Assembly (NCBI RefSeq): GCF_902459465.1
Contig: NC_047072.1
Location: 14,260,001-14,324,000, forward strand
Length of the DNA stretch: 64,000 bases
Reading direction: 5' to 3'
Source: Asterias rubens
Lineage: Eukaryota
Positions 21,711 to 34,500 of the stretch are shown here, one piece after another. The translations under genes and the position numbers were made by a program. How positions within the stretch are numbered: position 1 is the stretch's first letter; each line of letters opens with the position of its first letter. The notes beneath the pieces were generated by a model that was given only the letters and a program-made list of their open reading frames with translations, had not been told where the DNA came from and did not search any database.

Positions 21711-23454
21711 GGTCAGCAAGGTTGTCAGGTAAGTACGTTGGCAAAAACTAGTGAAAAATTTTGCGGTAATAGGCTAAATATTGATGACTTTTTGGGGAGC
21801 GCAGAAGGGCCCGTGCGTCACGGTTGAATGCACATTAAAGGGAAGACAGGCAAATTCCTTTTGACAACACATGACAAGGTAAGATCACAAGTGGAAGACA
21901 AGATAATAGTTATTGGACATTTTACCTAATTTTGAAGTCAATCACTTGAAACATGTATTTCATGATACTCAGAAAGTAATCTGTACATGGTTGTTCATAT
22001 TAAAATCGATTCATCCTTGAAGTTAACGCAAAACAAATCAGGCATCACAACTATCTGGCAAGAATTTCAACTAGTTAAACTGTGCCCTATAGTTTCCCAA
22101 ATGCTTCACATGTAAATCCCTTGGAATGTGATTTGCAGTTGCATTTGTATAAGGCTTGGGTTCTGGGATTGTCTTTAATTATTGTCTTATTTTTGTTTCA
22201 GTATTGAAGATTCACTCAGCTGAAAATTTAGAAGTATTATTGTGTCCTCATTGGTACACAAATGCAAGAAATATAGAAGGTATTCAATGGAAATACCCCA
22301 CTCTGGCCAGGTTTCTGCTCAGACAACAGTTTTCACAAGGTAAGTAAGTCACTTTTTACACAAATATTCATCACTCAACTGCTTACAAAAATCAGTATTG
22401 TTTTCAAAATGACAAAATAACCAAAGCAAATGGTGCTTTGTATGAAAGTTGATTGTTAGAAGAATTTGTAAAGCCCCATGCCCAGGGACAGTGTGGTTAG
22501 CTTTGTGTATGTCGTACTTGGGATAAATACATACATGTAGCAACTTTCTGCTACGATAAAAAGGCCCTTATGGATGGACATTTAATACAGAAACACAATG
22601 GATATTATAGGTTGATCAGTAGATGCTATTTTGATTATTGTTGTCAAAAGTCCTTGTAACGAATTCCCCCCACTTCATGAAAGAATTTTAAATGACCCAG
22701 TTTGCAGAATTGCATAAATAATATTTGTAAATAATCCCTGTTGACACCGCTTCTATGAATCCAGCCAGCCATGCATGCATGACCTGTTCTTGAAGAAACT
22801 ATACGGGGGATTAAGCCTGTGAATCAGGCACTGGGTCGGTTTTCATCAGGGAGGAGTTGAGTGTCTACACTTCAGAAGAATAACTTGAACAACAGAGTCT
22901 TGCAAGGTTAGTTATCTTCTTACATTTTGTTTTTGAATTTTCAGGATAATATATCTTAAGTGCAAAGTTGACTTTTCCCCTCCCAATTTGCAAAGTGATC
23001 ATAAAGCAAAATAAATCAAACAGGGTGTGTGGTGCATGGTAATGTGTTATCACTTGTTACTTTATTGCCCTGTAAAAGTGCAAATCTAGTGTTCAGAGGT
23101 GATCAAATACATCAAACAAACAAAAAGAATAACTGTGGTGCATGTTTTATAGTGTTTTATTATTTATTACAGTACGAAACATTTCAAATTTTTACAAGGA
23201 ATTTTTTCTGCCAGGCCTCACTTTTTCAAAACTAACCAATGACTAATATACAATGATTTACAACCATACTATTTTACAGACAGCAAGGGCTCAAGTTAAA
23301 CGCCTTAAAATAAATGACATTTAATATTGCACTGATCTAAGTAACACTGCCAAGTAATAATTATTTACATTGTGCTTGTGAAATGTACAGCCAAATCTTA
23401 GTACCATTGTCATACACATATATTGAAAGATTTCCATTAAAGAATCTTCACCAT

Positions 23455-23760
23455 AACAATAACAATAACAATAATAAGACTTGTAATGTTCAAGGCGCAG
23501 TAAAAAATAAAAAAATAAAAAAACACAACACAAAGAAAAACAGACACAACAAAATTAGTCATTGAAAACCTGTAAGATAAATTTTGAGAAGAGTCTTGAA
23601 TTTTGCGGTACAAAGACAAGATCGAAGATTAAGTGGTAGAGAGTTCCAGATGCGTGGCGCGGCTGAAGAAAAAGACCTGTCACCCCATGAGTGTCGAGAC
23701 TTGGGTTCATTGAGGAGAAGCATAGAAAGCTTTGCATTTGTGTATTTTCTTAACAAAGCA
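23455..23760 (-). mobile_element. 5'-truncated L2-type LINE fragment (ORF2 C-terminus + 3' tail)
   Basis: The translation WGDRSFSSAAPRIWNSLPLNLRSCLCTAKFKTLLKIYL is the typical L2 ORF2 end. It is followed by gcgccttgaac... and an (ATT/GTT)n tail. Confidence 0.8.
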
Positions 23761-23792
23761 AATAAATGTCCACAACTGTAAGTTTTAATTAA

Positions 23793-24146
23793 AAGGACAC
23801 ATTGCCTTGGATCGGGCGAGTTTGTCCATGAAAATCATTTTGAAACCGTTTGTTATGAAATGCAATTGGTTAGAAAGATGTTTCAAAAGTAGAATATAAT
23901 GATCTGCACAAACATGCCTTGAAATTGCACAGTTTTCCTTATACATCGCGAACTAACACGGTCGACCATTCTTTACTCCACAAAATGGCCGACCATGTTA
24001 GATTGAAAACCACGCAATTTCGAGGCATATTTGTGTGGATTATTATATTCTACTTTTAAAATATCTTTATAACCATATGCATTTCATAATGAACGGTTTC
24101 AAATGCTTTTCATAGACCAACTTGCCCGGCAACGTAACGTGTCCCT
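23793..24146. mobile_element. TTAA-flanked MITE family 3 (diverged copy)
   Basis: Ends ggacacattgccttggatcgg...aacgtgtccct|ttaa. Homologous along its length to 46803-47120. Confidence 0.8.
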
Positions 24147-25595
24147 TTAACTTTGGTCTTTAGACCCCCAAAAAACTGAGCTTGAAAAACTGACTGAGGT
24201 TACAAAAACACATTGGAGGGCTCTATTAACAGCTTAAAAAATACAAACTACTTGACAATGTATCGAGTTGGACATTAACTCAAAAAAAGAATTCTGTGAT
24301 TTTAAGGGGATTGAACAATTATTAAAAATCCGTTGTTGTAATGTTTTGTTTTTGTTTGTGGCTATCCCCAAAAAATTAACTAATCAGAGTTGTGATATAA
24401 AATATATAGGATTTGAGGCATTGCAATGTGAGGTATCAATATACATGTACATGTATATTTGGTTTGCCATGTGTGTATCTACTTGCCAGGTAGAGTTTGT
24501 TCTTAGAGAACTGTCTTGCTTTATTCTACTACCGCGGAGTAGATGTTCGGTGGTTCGGGAGACTTCTCAGTTCTGAAAAGAACTGTCCTGCTTTTTAACT
24601 ATTACCTGGGCGGATGGTATAGAAAATAGGCTGGGATATCAAATATAAAACTAATTTTACTTTCTCTAGGCAAATTTGGAACATTTGAAAATGATCAAGG
24701 TTTATTATAACCTAAAATATCAACAAAATATCTGGAGGAATCCATGCACTCTCTACCACCAAAAGGTTAATAAACTTAAATGGGTTAAACCTCCCTTTGT
24801 ATGTGCCCCCATACCAATTTATTGTCAATGTTATATGCAGTGTGTGCTGGATTTAACTAGGTTAAAGCTTAGTAAAGGCTACAAACGTTTAAATACTTTG
24901 CGTAGCTTGGATTATTTACAAGGATGAGATAATAAAGTTTGCTGAACTGAAAAGCATGGTTTAGTTATTCATAATGGTTAAACACAAAGTGTGGTCAACT
25001 TAAAACAGTTTTTAATCCACCATAAGTGAAAACCTTTTTTTGTGAAGACATCATTAAGCTTTTACAAGTAAAACTGATTGTACTAAAAGCGCAAGTTATA
25101 CAACCTGAAAATGTACATCACTGCATGTCTCTGCCTGCTTGACTGGCTTATGAATTTATTCTCATCCAAATGAGTTACCCACTGATATAATGCATCTTAT
25201 GCCCGGTTCATACTTCCTTTGAATGCGAATGCCAAGAGAATTTTGAGGTTACATGGCTGTTTCACAGCGAAAGTTTCGCAGGAGATGAACACAGTTTAAC
25301 TGTTGCCACTCATTCTTAGCATATTTGTAACGTCAAAATTTGTTTCGAATTCGCAGGAAGTATGAACTGGGCTTGAAGAACAATTTGTAAGGCTCCCTCG
25401 CTCAACAAGTGGTACCCGAAATGGATCAGCAGTTTGCAGAAAATGATTTGTTAATAATATTTTTAAAATCTGGCAAGTAACAATGGTATCTCATTACTTT
25501 TGATTCATGACTAAAAATCCAAGGTTAGTTTTAGTGGATAAACCATATTAGCTGTTCCAAACCCATTGCCGAACCTTTTACTGTGTCTTCATGCT

Positions 25596-28500
25596 CTAGT
25601 TGACCTCTTGTTTCCTTTTTGGCTTCTTGGGATTGCGTGATCTACTCTTTGCCTTACACAAAGGGCAGATTGGAGCATTGCGATGAATCTGCTGATGACA
25701 AGACAGACAATTCTGCAAGGGAAAAAAGAACGGGTTGACTTATAAAATAAGTATAGAGTTAGAGTGTTGTTGATCAGTACACATGTTCCCATCAGGTGCA
25801 GCTTAGCTAAATAGTGCCCTCTGTTGGTGTTGGTTTGGAACTGAATATCAAGATAGAAAGTTGCGTTTTTGCTCCAGATCATGTCATCATTAAAGGGGTT
25901 TGTCATATTTGATATAGAGCCTGACTACGAAACCTTTCTTCACACCAAACCATGACATTGTCTGTTCTGCAATGGTTTCATACTTATTTTTGAAATCATT
26001 GGGTTTGGGGTTGGTGAGGGTGTGTTGTTGGTTTTACAGTTTTGCAACATGTGTGATACTTGAAAGTATACTTAATAAATTCTTTGGACGTTTCATGGAA
26101 TAGAATATGTTTTTTGTTTGGGGAGTTTTAATATTTTAATTTTACATATAAACAACAACAAAACAAAACTATTTTTGCCTGATAAGCTAACTTGTGATAA
26201 GGCGAGAACTCTGTAATATTTTCCCCTTTTTGTATATAAAATAAATTTGCAGTTTGCCCACAGTGTTTTGCAACTGGCAGTCTATAAAATAATGGAGAGA
26301 AATTGTACCTTCATGGGAGGGGGTTGTTGTCTGAATGGAGGGCGTTCCTCGCTGTGGCTTGTTGAGGGTAGCTGGAATGTAGGCGTGGTGTCTGTAGGGA
26401 TCGTCAGTGGAGCTGGCAGGGGTGCGTCTGTTTGCTCCTCCTGCCAGTCAGATTTCCTCTTTCGAAAATAACTGAGGGAACAAGTAAATTTCAAGGTGTT
26501 TTGTTACCTTTCATTTGATGTTTATTTCCTCGAAAGTTAAACACAGTTTGGCAGCCAGCTGTAACTTTTTTTCTGTGAGCAAGTTTCCCCCAGGCATGGT
26601 ACTTCACAAAGGTGATTGCCTCCTTGCCCTCTGGTCTTTGCCTTGGTGCACTTAAAATGCTCCAATAGAAATTTCCTCGTAGGGTGCCCTTTATCAAGGA
26701 AAAATGCCTTGGTGCCCTTGCCCTTTCAAAAACGAAGCGTACAGGCACGTTCCCATGTTATAACCAAGCAGATGTGGTGTGATTCTTAGTCCTGATGTGA
26801 CAGACTTTTGCATAGGTACATGAGCATCAGTGTTGTAACTAAACCAATTTTAGTGGTGGGCTCTAAATCCAATTTAGTTCACCAAGGTGAGTGGTTCAAC
26901 AAATTATTCATTTTAAAAGATATGGGGCAATAATTGCTGGAGTGCAATCCGGGAGAAATCTGTTCTGAGCAGCATAGTATATTTGGCTCAGAGTGCTGGG
27001 AGAAATTTGTAAGTTCTAGACTGGCTTGCCCGGCACCACCCACTGTAGCTACACAACACTGATGAGTATGATTATTCATACGCCAACCATTTACACCAAA
27101 TGGTCCCTTTTTACTTAAAACAACCTAGTGGTATTGAGTCTTAACATTGGTCTTCAACAGCTCGTAGAAACCCTCCACCCCATGTCTATCAATAATTCAA
27201 GGGATCTGTGCAGTAATATCCCAATTCAGGTTCTACGTTCCTACCTTGGGGTTAGTCTTCCATCATCTTCACTCAGTGTTGGTAGCCCCTCTAGGCCAAT
27301 GGCTGTTCTCATGGAGTCAATATCACCCTTCAAAGACATGTACTCCTGATAGGCCTGGCATGCTGCTTCAAAAGATCTGTTCCTGTCATGCTCAGCGTGC
27401 TTCACCACATTTTCTATCTGGTAATTTTAACAAAATAAAATTGACTTTTAACTTACTTCCACAATACATGTGCAGTACTCTACCACAAGCATTTCACTGC
27501 TCCAGTTTGGTGTAAGGGATGATTGTTTGGACAAAGATGCAAGACTAGCATCACATGCCATCTTGTCCTGTTCAATAGTTCCATCTCTTTACGATTCTTC
27601 ACCTTCTCTTTATCCAAACACCTGCTCCATCCTAATACCTGTCCCACCCCAGTATGTCCCCTTCAAACAAACCTCTACATTGTACATGACATTTGGTGCT
27701 GGATATACATGTAGGGCATGGTGATACCCCCCCCCCCCTTGTGTCTCCATTGTGTGCTTGGAACAGCGGTAAAAGCCAAACTTGTTGGTGGGGGCATGAG
27801 GGGGGGGGGGGGGCAATGCTTTTAAGCAGGGGGAGTGGGGGCTGGTAATCTTGGGAGTTCTTGAGGGGATTTTAGGTGGTGGGGTTACATGTACTTCTTT
27901 ACAAGAACAAGATTGTTGGTTAAAATTGGGGGGGAAGTATTGGGCCTGGTAAACAGTATACTAAATGAACACCCTAATAATGAACACAACTCTTACAGCA
28001 TTGATGTCTGCATGTATCTGCCTGAGTTCTTCTACATGTGCCATCTTTTCTTGATTAAGGAGCTCCATTTCATTACGATATTCCTTCATCCTCTCTTCCT
28101 CACTCTCTGTCTCCTCTACATCCTGGAGAAGACGCCCTTTCAGTTTCTCCAGCTGCACTGCTTTGAATCTGAAAATAATTACAAGATACAAATCTTTTAC
28201 TGTTTTATCCAAGGTTTGAAGACAGAGAATCGGAACTCTGAAGAGTGCTTAATTCTGAATAGAGTACTTGAACATTCACTCAAGAACATTTCCATTACAT
28301 CAGAAAACCTGTACAAGTCTCATCAATGCTGGTGCTCAACTATTTCATACACATGAGCACTTGCTTTGTTTCATGTGTTTACAAGCATTTTACTTTGCAA
28401 TGCTTGAAAAATCTTTATTTGACATACCCAGTCAATATTTATCAGATCTACAACAGACATTTTATGGTAGTTTTTTAACATCATCAAAAAGGTGTACAAT

Positions 28501-31500
28501 CCTTTAAATGTTTCACCTATCTTTTTTATAAGGAAAATAATTTGGTTATTTGAGCTGTTACAATTAAAGATTATTGCAAAAAGAACTCCTCATTGGGGAA
28601 ATTCCCATCAGAAAAACCACTTGTGTACGTTTAAGTCATGGTCCTTATTATATAAAGTCTACTTTCATTATCATACACACGCAGTTCTAAACTCTAAAGT
28701 TTTTTAGTCAGAGATAAAAATTACCTGTTTGAATGTGCTTTTAGAAAGCTATTTATCTCGGATCCAAAGGGGCAATAAGGAGAACAGACCTTCAAAGTTT
28801 CATTTGAATACTAAAGTACAATACACTCCATTACAACATTGACACAGGAGCAAATCAATATAATGGTTTATGCACACCAATGATAAACCATTCGAGATTA
28901 TCTTAGGAGCAAATCTAATTAAATTAAGTTTGCATTTGGGCCTGTTCACATATTTGAACAGAAATTTCAATCGATACCAAAGTACCAAAAAAGTATCATA
29001 TTTATACTGCGAGTGAATTGTATCATGCATACTCTTTATGATATCGAAACTGTAATTTTGCAACAAATGCATTATGCTCTTTTAAAGGAACACATCGTTC
29101 TTATGAAAAAATATAATTTTTCAATTATGTGATATTTTTTCAGTGCAGATAGATTCAAACAAAAACATTGTCAAATGTGTTTTATAACTTATTTGAACAA
29201 ACAAAACATTACAGCTCTTTAGAGATTTGGTATGATTGGTCAATCCCAGAAGGACAAACCATGCATAATGCACTATTCCCCAAAAGACTTGACAAATTTA
29301 GCATCTGAATCCAACCGAGACTGACACTGACATTTAGCTCCCCCAACAATCCACCGTCTACAAAAAAATTAATTAGTGCAATTTTAATTCAAAGGATGCA
29401 TTGTGCTGGAACAAAGCCAAGCGTACAACTCCAGGCATAACCGTGAGCCATTTATTACAGCAAATTGAAACGGGGGCTGCCTAAAGCGTTATTTTAAAAA
29501 AGTCTTTCAGATCAACGGACAGCTATTATTGAATATACAACTCAAGTGAGAACTAAATTAGATCTTCGCAGCTTTCCGCACCTGGGTCCTACCAGACTCA
29601 ACTCAGATCAGTGATTTGAATTTTCTTTTGTAACTGTTTTTCCAACCCACTTGGGGGACAATTTGTTGCAAAAAAACATGTTGTTGACTTAAGCCCGGGC
29701 ATACGCTGGCAGGGATAGATCGTTGAGTTTGACAGGGGAAAAAATGAAATCGTTATTGTTTATGGATGTTTGTTTAAGCATTCAGCTCTGAATCACTTGG
29801 GAGGAAAGCTGGTTTATGTGGGAAATCCACACTTGTAGCAACACAACTGCATCAGCTACTGCATTGTATTGTGTAGGTTGATTGAAAAGCAGAATCTGCT
29901 TTTTAATCAAATTAAATTCTCAAGGCGTATTTTTGTATTTTCTGGCTCATCCTTGAAGAGAGTTTACTATTTAAACATTTATTCAATCAATATTTGCAAT
30001 TAGATTCTTAATCAAAGGAGTAAACTGTAAAATTAATTAAACATGGTATTGCTGTAACATTTTCAGCATGTGTGTTATTGATTTCTAAAATGAAAAGATT
30101 TGTACAATGTTCAAAAGGGAAAGTTTATCAACAGAGTAAGTGCTCCAAAGTTGTTAGTGTTACTGTTAATAGAAGACAAAAGTGATCTTTTTAAATATAA
30201 AGAATACTGACAACCAGACAAAACTGTACAATGTTCAAAAGGGAAAGTTTATCAACAGAGTAAGTGCTCCAAAGTTGTTAGTGTTACTGTTAATAGAAGA
30301 CAAAAGTGATCTTTTTAAATATAAAGAATACTGACAACCAGACAAAACTGTTTGAAACAGCAGGTACATGTAGGGATTAGTCATTGTGCAGTTGATGCCA
30401 TAACCTTGTTATTCTACAACATTTTAAAGAAAAACTTTTGGGGAAAAAACAAGCAAATAAATAACAACTGAAATAACAGTAGGGATATTCAAACACTGAG
30501 CACAACCTCAATATGGCAAAGCCAATTTTTGGCCCATTGTACGGTTCATAGTATCTAAAGTCAGGCACGTAGCCAGCTTTCTGGTCGAGGGGGGGGGGGG
30601 TGAAGCAATTTTTCGATCCGAATACCATGGTTTTTATTAATGGCAATAACAGTGGGAGTTCTTCACTACGTGTTAACAAAAGTTGATTACTGCACCAAAT
30701 TCAATTCTGTTGTTTTCACAATTATTCATGAGTATTAGACAAAAGATGCTATGTATTCAGATTGTGGATAAAATTTATGAATAATTATGAAAAATCAAAG
30801 TTAGAGAGTTTAATTAAAAGAGTCCGTACAATAGAAGTGTGTTTCACGGTGCACAGCGTGGGGGCTAGCCTTATGAAAACACTGAGGCAATATCCAATGT
30901 ATTAACTACCGTGGTTCGTTGAGAACTAACGAGGCATAAACCCCAACCCAAGGCAAGAAATAGCTGTAGCTGGGAGCTTATAAACATGTGGGAGGTTAGG
31001 GAGTCAGACTGCCGAGTATCTGTTTGCAAACTTGGGTTTAGTCTTTATTAAACTTATTTATACCATCATACCATGCCTGATTTTAGGGCAGAGGGTACCA
31101 CCCCACCCCTCCCCACCCAAAAAAAGGTTCCTACGTACCCCCTCCACATAAAATCCTCTAAAGAATATCTGCGATTCAAAGCACACAATGAAGACTTAAT
31201 AATAAGAGGATGGTATCGCTATACCCAACATCGAGCACCAATTGCACCTACAATTTAAAACCAAGTCGTCTTTTAAAGACATTGGACACTACTGGTACTT
31301 GTCAAAGACTAGTCTTCCTATTTTGTGTATATCAACTTATGCACAAAATACAAACCTGTGAAAATTTGAGCTCAATTGGTCGTCGAAGTTGTGAGATATG
31401 AATGAAATAAAACACACCCTTGTCACACGAAGTTGTGTGCTTTTAGATGCTTGATTTCGAGACCTCAAAATCTAATTCTGAGGTCTTGAAATCAAATTCT

Positions 31501-34500
31501 TGGAAAATTACTTCTTTCTCAAAAACTACATTACTTCAGAGGGAGCCGTTTCTCACAATGTTTTATAACATCAACATTACTCGTTACCAAATAAGGTTTT
31601 ATGCTAAAAATGGTTTTGAGTAATTACCGATAGTGTCCAGGGCCTTTAATAAAGAATCCCAACATTTCAATGCCTTGTGTACATACTTTTCACCTTTCTT
31701 TTTACATCTCCTTAATTTTGTTTTTTAACCCAAATAATAGTGATTATATCCTGTAGTTTGTTGCAGCCCTTGGGAGAATGCAATTATTGTATTCCAGCTA
31801 CCTTTGGCTTTGCTAGTGTAGTAATTTAACATAAGTTAATCACCTTTGGATTTGTCAGGCTGTTTGGACTTTTTATTTGCTGTTTTACCATACTTTGTTT
31901 TTTTTTTTCTTTGGGACATTTGAAAGGATCTTTGGATCTTGAAGATACATGCTGTTTGTTTACGGTAATGTCTTTGAGCTGGATGGATACAGACTGGATC
32001 CTCATGCCTTGCCTTTTGTCTACATTGCTAAATTACAAAAACGATTAACAAGTACACTCCTTTTAGTGCATTTACAGAAAGCTACAACATAGACATCACC
32101 AATTTTTTTATAAAGTGTGTAGAAAGAAGGCTCTACAATGTTTTAGATGGTACATTGAATGCAAGCATTGCAGAATAAAACTTACAACTTATTAAGCAAC
32201 ACAAATTTGTAAGGACTATAAGGACTTGTGTCTCCTCTGATCCTAAGAAAATCATCTCGGCTAGCTACTCCATATAACTAGAACCCTACAGGCAGAGCCC
32301 CAAGGGTGACATTAACGCTTCTGCCCTGTGTCAATGATGTAAATGATCCACGCTTCCATTAACCTGGCCCTGTGTATAACAGTCTAGCCAATTACGCTTT
32401 AGTCCAAGGGGCACTTTCTCCCGGCTTGATTTGCAAATAGACAGCTTCTCCTAAAGTAAATGGACGATTAAAAAAAGTCTTCCACAACAGAAAAGAAGGG
32501 AACACATTCTGGCACGTATGGTGGGTCTTTTCTTCTGCAAACAACCTATGTTTGAGTTTATAGCCACGGGCTGTTTTGTTCCAGAAGAAGGTTCCTGCAA
32601 TTCGATCTAGAGAGTAATTTGTATGTTTTACATTTAGAGTAGTAATTTCTTTTTTTTATATTCAGAGAAATGCAAGTTGTCCCCAGGGATGGGTCTCAGT
32701 GACTGTGTGACAGAAACTGTACTTCACAAACTTGAGAAGTTTGTCACAATCCAATACAGCTTTTGCCGATATGTTTTTTTTAAACTTTTTCCACTGGGTT
32801 TTGTTTTCTCTTTATCTCTCTCTCTCTGCATTTCTGCATTCAGTACTTTATTGTAAAATGTTATGTTTCCTTCAAGCATGTTATCAAATTTTCCAAATAT
32901 TACTTGTCATATTTGGACACTTTGATAATTGTACATTGTTACAATACATGCAATAAAAATATTTTAAAATGAGACAATAAAAATAATCTGATAAAACCGA
33001 ATTAGATGTGGGCTAGTGAAAAAAACTTGCGGGCAATCCTAAATGTTGTTTGAATCCTTCGGCCAGCGACAAATTATAGTCTTTTTCCTTTTTTTTTCTG
33101 TAGAATTTCATCCCTAAAAAGCATATATCAGCTCATTTTACTGTGAAATAATAATAATAGTCATTTTTTATATGGCGCTTTATACACCCGAAGGGCGTCT
33201 CAAAGCGCTTTAAACATACAGTATTTCATGCAAGGTACAATGTATGTTGGAATAAGTTTGAATTATGAGATCTATTCCTTTTACAGCACCATATAATGGT
33301 TTACAAGGTGCTGTGGGGCAATATGCTGCCAATCAAGACAAATAGACAAGAACCAATCACCCAGGAAAATACTTCCACTTGGTTGGTTCTTTTCCTTTTG
33401 TATTCTTCTTTTCAGAAATAAATTATTGACCTGAGTGTCCTGTATGTTGAAAAGTTAAGTGACATTCATTTGTTTTATGAAAAACATTATTGGAATGACC
33501 ACATTGCAAACTACAATCACTTTTTATCATGTAAAACATCCCAAGATTGTTATCTTGTCTCTAATTTTAGATGAAATTTGTAGTTTTATGAACGACCTAT
33601 CCAATCATATGTAAATTTAACGAAAGCATTAATATATTATAAATAAGGCTATTAACAAAAGCATGCCTTCACATGACCCAGTATGATCTAGCTACCACAA
33701 GGTATGCAACCTCGACCCCCCCCCCTCCCCCCACACAGGCAAGTGCTCCTTTGTTTGAGTCTTTGTCCTGACAAAAGACGACCTTATTGATTTCCTTTGT
33801 GATAACAATCGCGCATTCATTGTCCTTTTTCTTAAAGTCCTTTGGTTTTGAATGTCATAACAAGTAGAGTAAACAGGCAACCATATGTTTTGACCTGGTT
33901 AATCAAGGACTTCTTTTTGTTCTCCAATTGTGTGTTCTGTTTGTTAGTCATGTCCCCATTAGGACCTGCAAGCAAAGCAAGGGCGTTCTCGCTCTGTCAA
34001 AATATCCAGATCCTTTTTGTTACAGTCCTCAGTTTCAATGGGTTAACATGCGCGCCAAAAAAATAACCACCACACACACACAAAATACAAAACAGCAATA
34101 AGAACGGTGACAGCTTGTTTACATTTTGTAATGGGACTTGTAGTCACAGGACTTTGATTGGTCAATGCCTTAGGAGGAGGAGCTTATAGCAGATGGGTCT
34201 AAGACAATACCCTTACTGAGGTCAAAGGAAGCCTTGTCATTGGCTGAAAGTTGTGCATGGTTAGGACACACATTCTGTTCCTTTGTTTGACCTCAGCAAT
34301 GACAGCGTAGTATGAAAGGGGCTATTCGGGATGCCTTATCATTTGTTGAACGTACAGCACATTTATATACAAAAGTGTGTATGTATAGACTTAATGTTAA
34401 AATTGAATTTTACATATTCAGAGAAAGCGTGATGAGAAAGCACACTTCAATCTAAGCAGTTTCTTTCAAATAATGGGCAGAAACATAATATTCTGTGAAT

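Larger units (their letters stand above)
17058..21825 (-). mobile_element. Near full-length non-LTR retrotransposon of the CR1/L2/Crack group (ORF1 + APE-RT ORF2)
   Basis: Two ORFs, a ~270-bp inter-ORF spacer, a ~415-bp 3' UTR ending aataaaaaacaaacaaacaaac, and a ~110-bp 5' leader. No clean TSD was seen and the boundaries are approximate. Confidence 0.93.
15749..21878 (+). pseudogene. Decayed tandem GST paralog (exon 2 and exon 3 remnants), with exon 3 interrupted by the LINE
   Basis: 15749-15802 resembles GST exon 2 (...EQFLKLQN|gt, with a 2-nt frameshift and a stop). 16948-17050 resembles the intron2/exon3 junction (ttttgttgatacctttag|ATAATGAA..CAGTCTGCTGCCTCTGCAGAT vs ttttgttgataccttcag|ATGGTGAA..CAGGTCGGTGCTATCTGTAGAT). 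After the LINE, ggcaaat...caag|gtaagatca resembles GST ggcaaat...caat|gtaagatca. Confidence 0.65.

Noticed and set aside
17045-21835. Possible LINE target-site duplication tgaatccatact / tgaatgcacatt
   Set aside because: Only 8 of 12 bases match, too degenerate for so young an element. CR1/L2-group elements often lack clear TSDs.
27889-28356. 155-aa plus-strand ORF
   Set aside because: It lies antisense to ZC4H2 exon 2 and flanking intron, with low-complexity hydrophobic composition.
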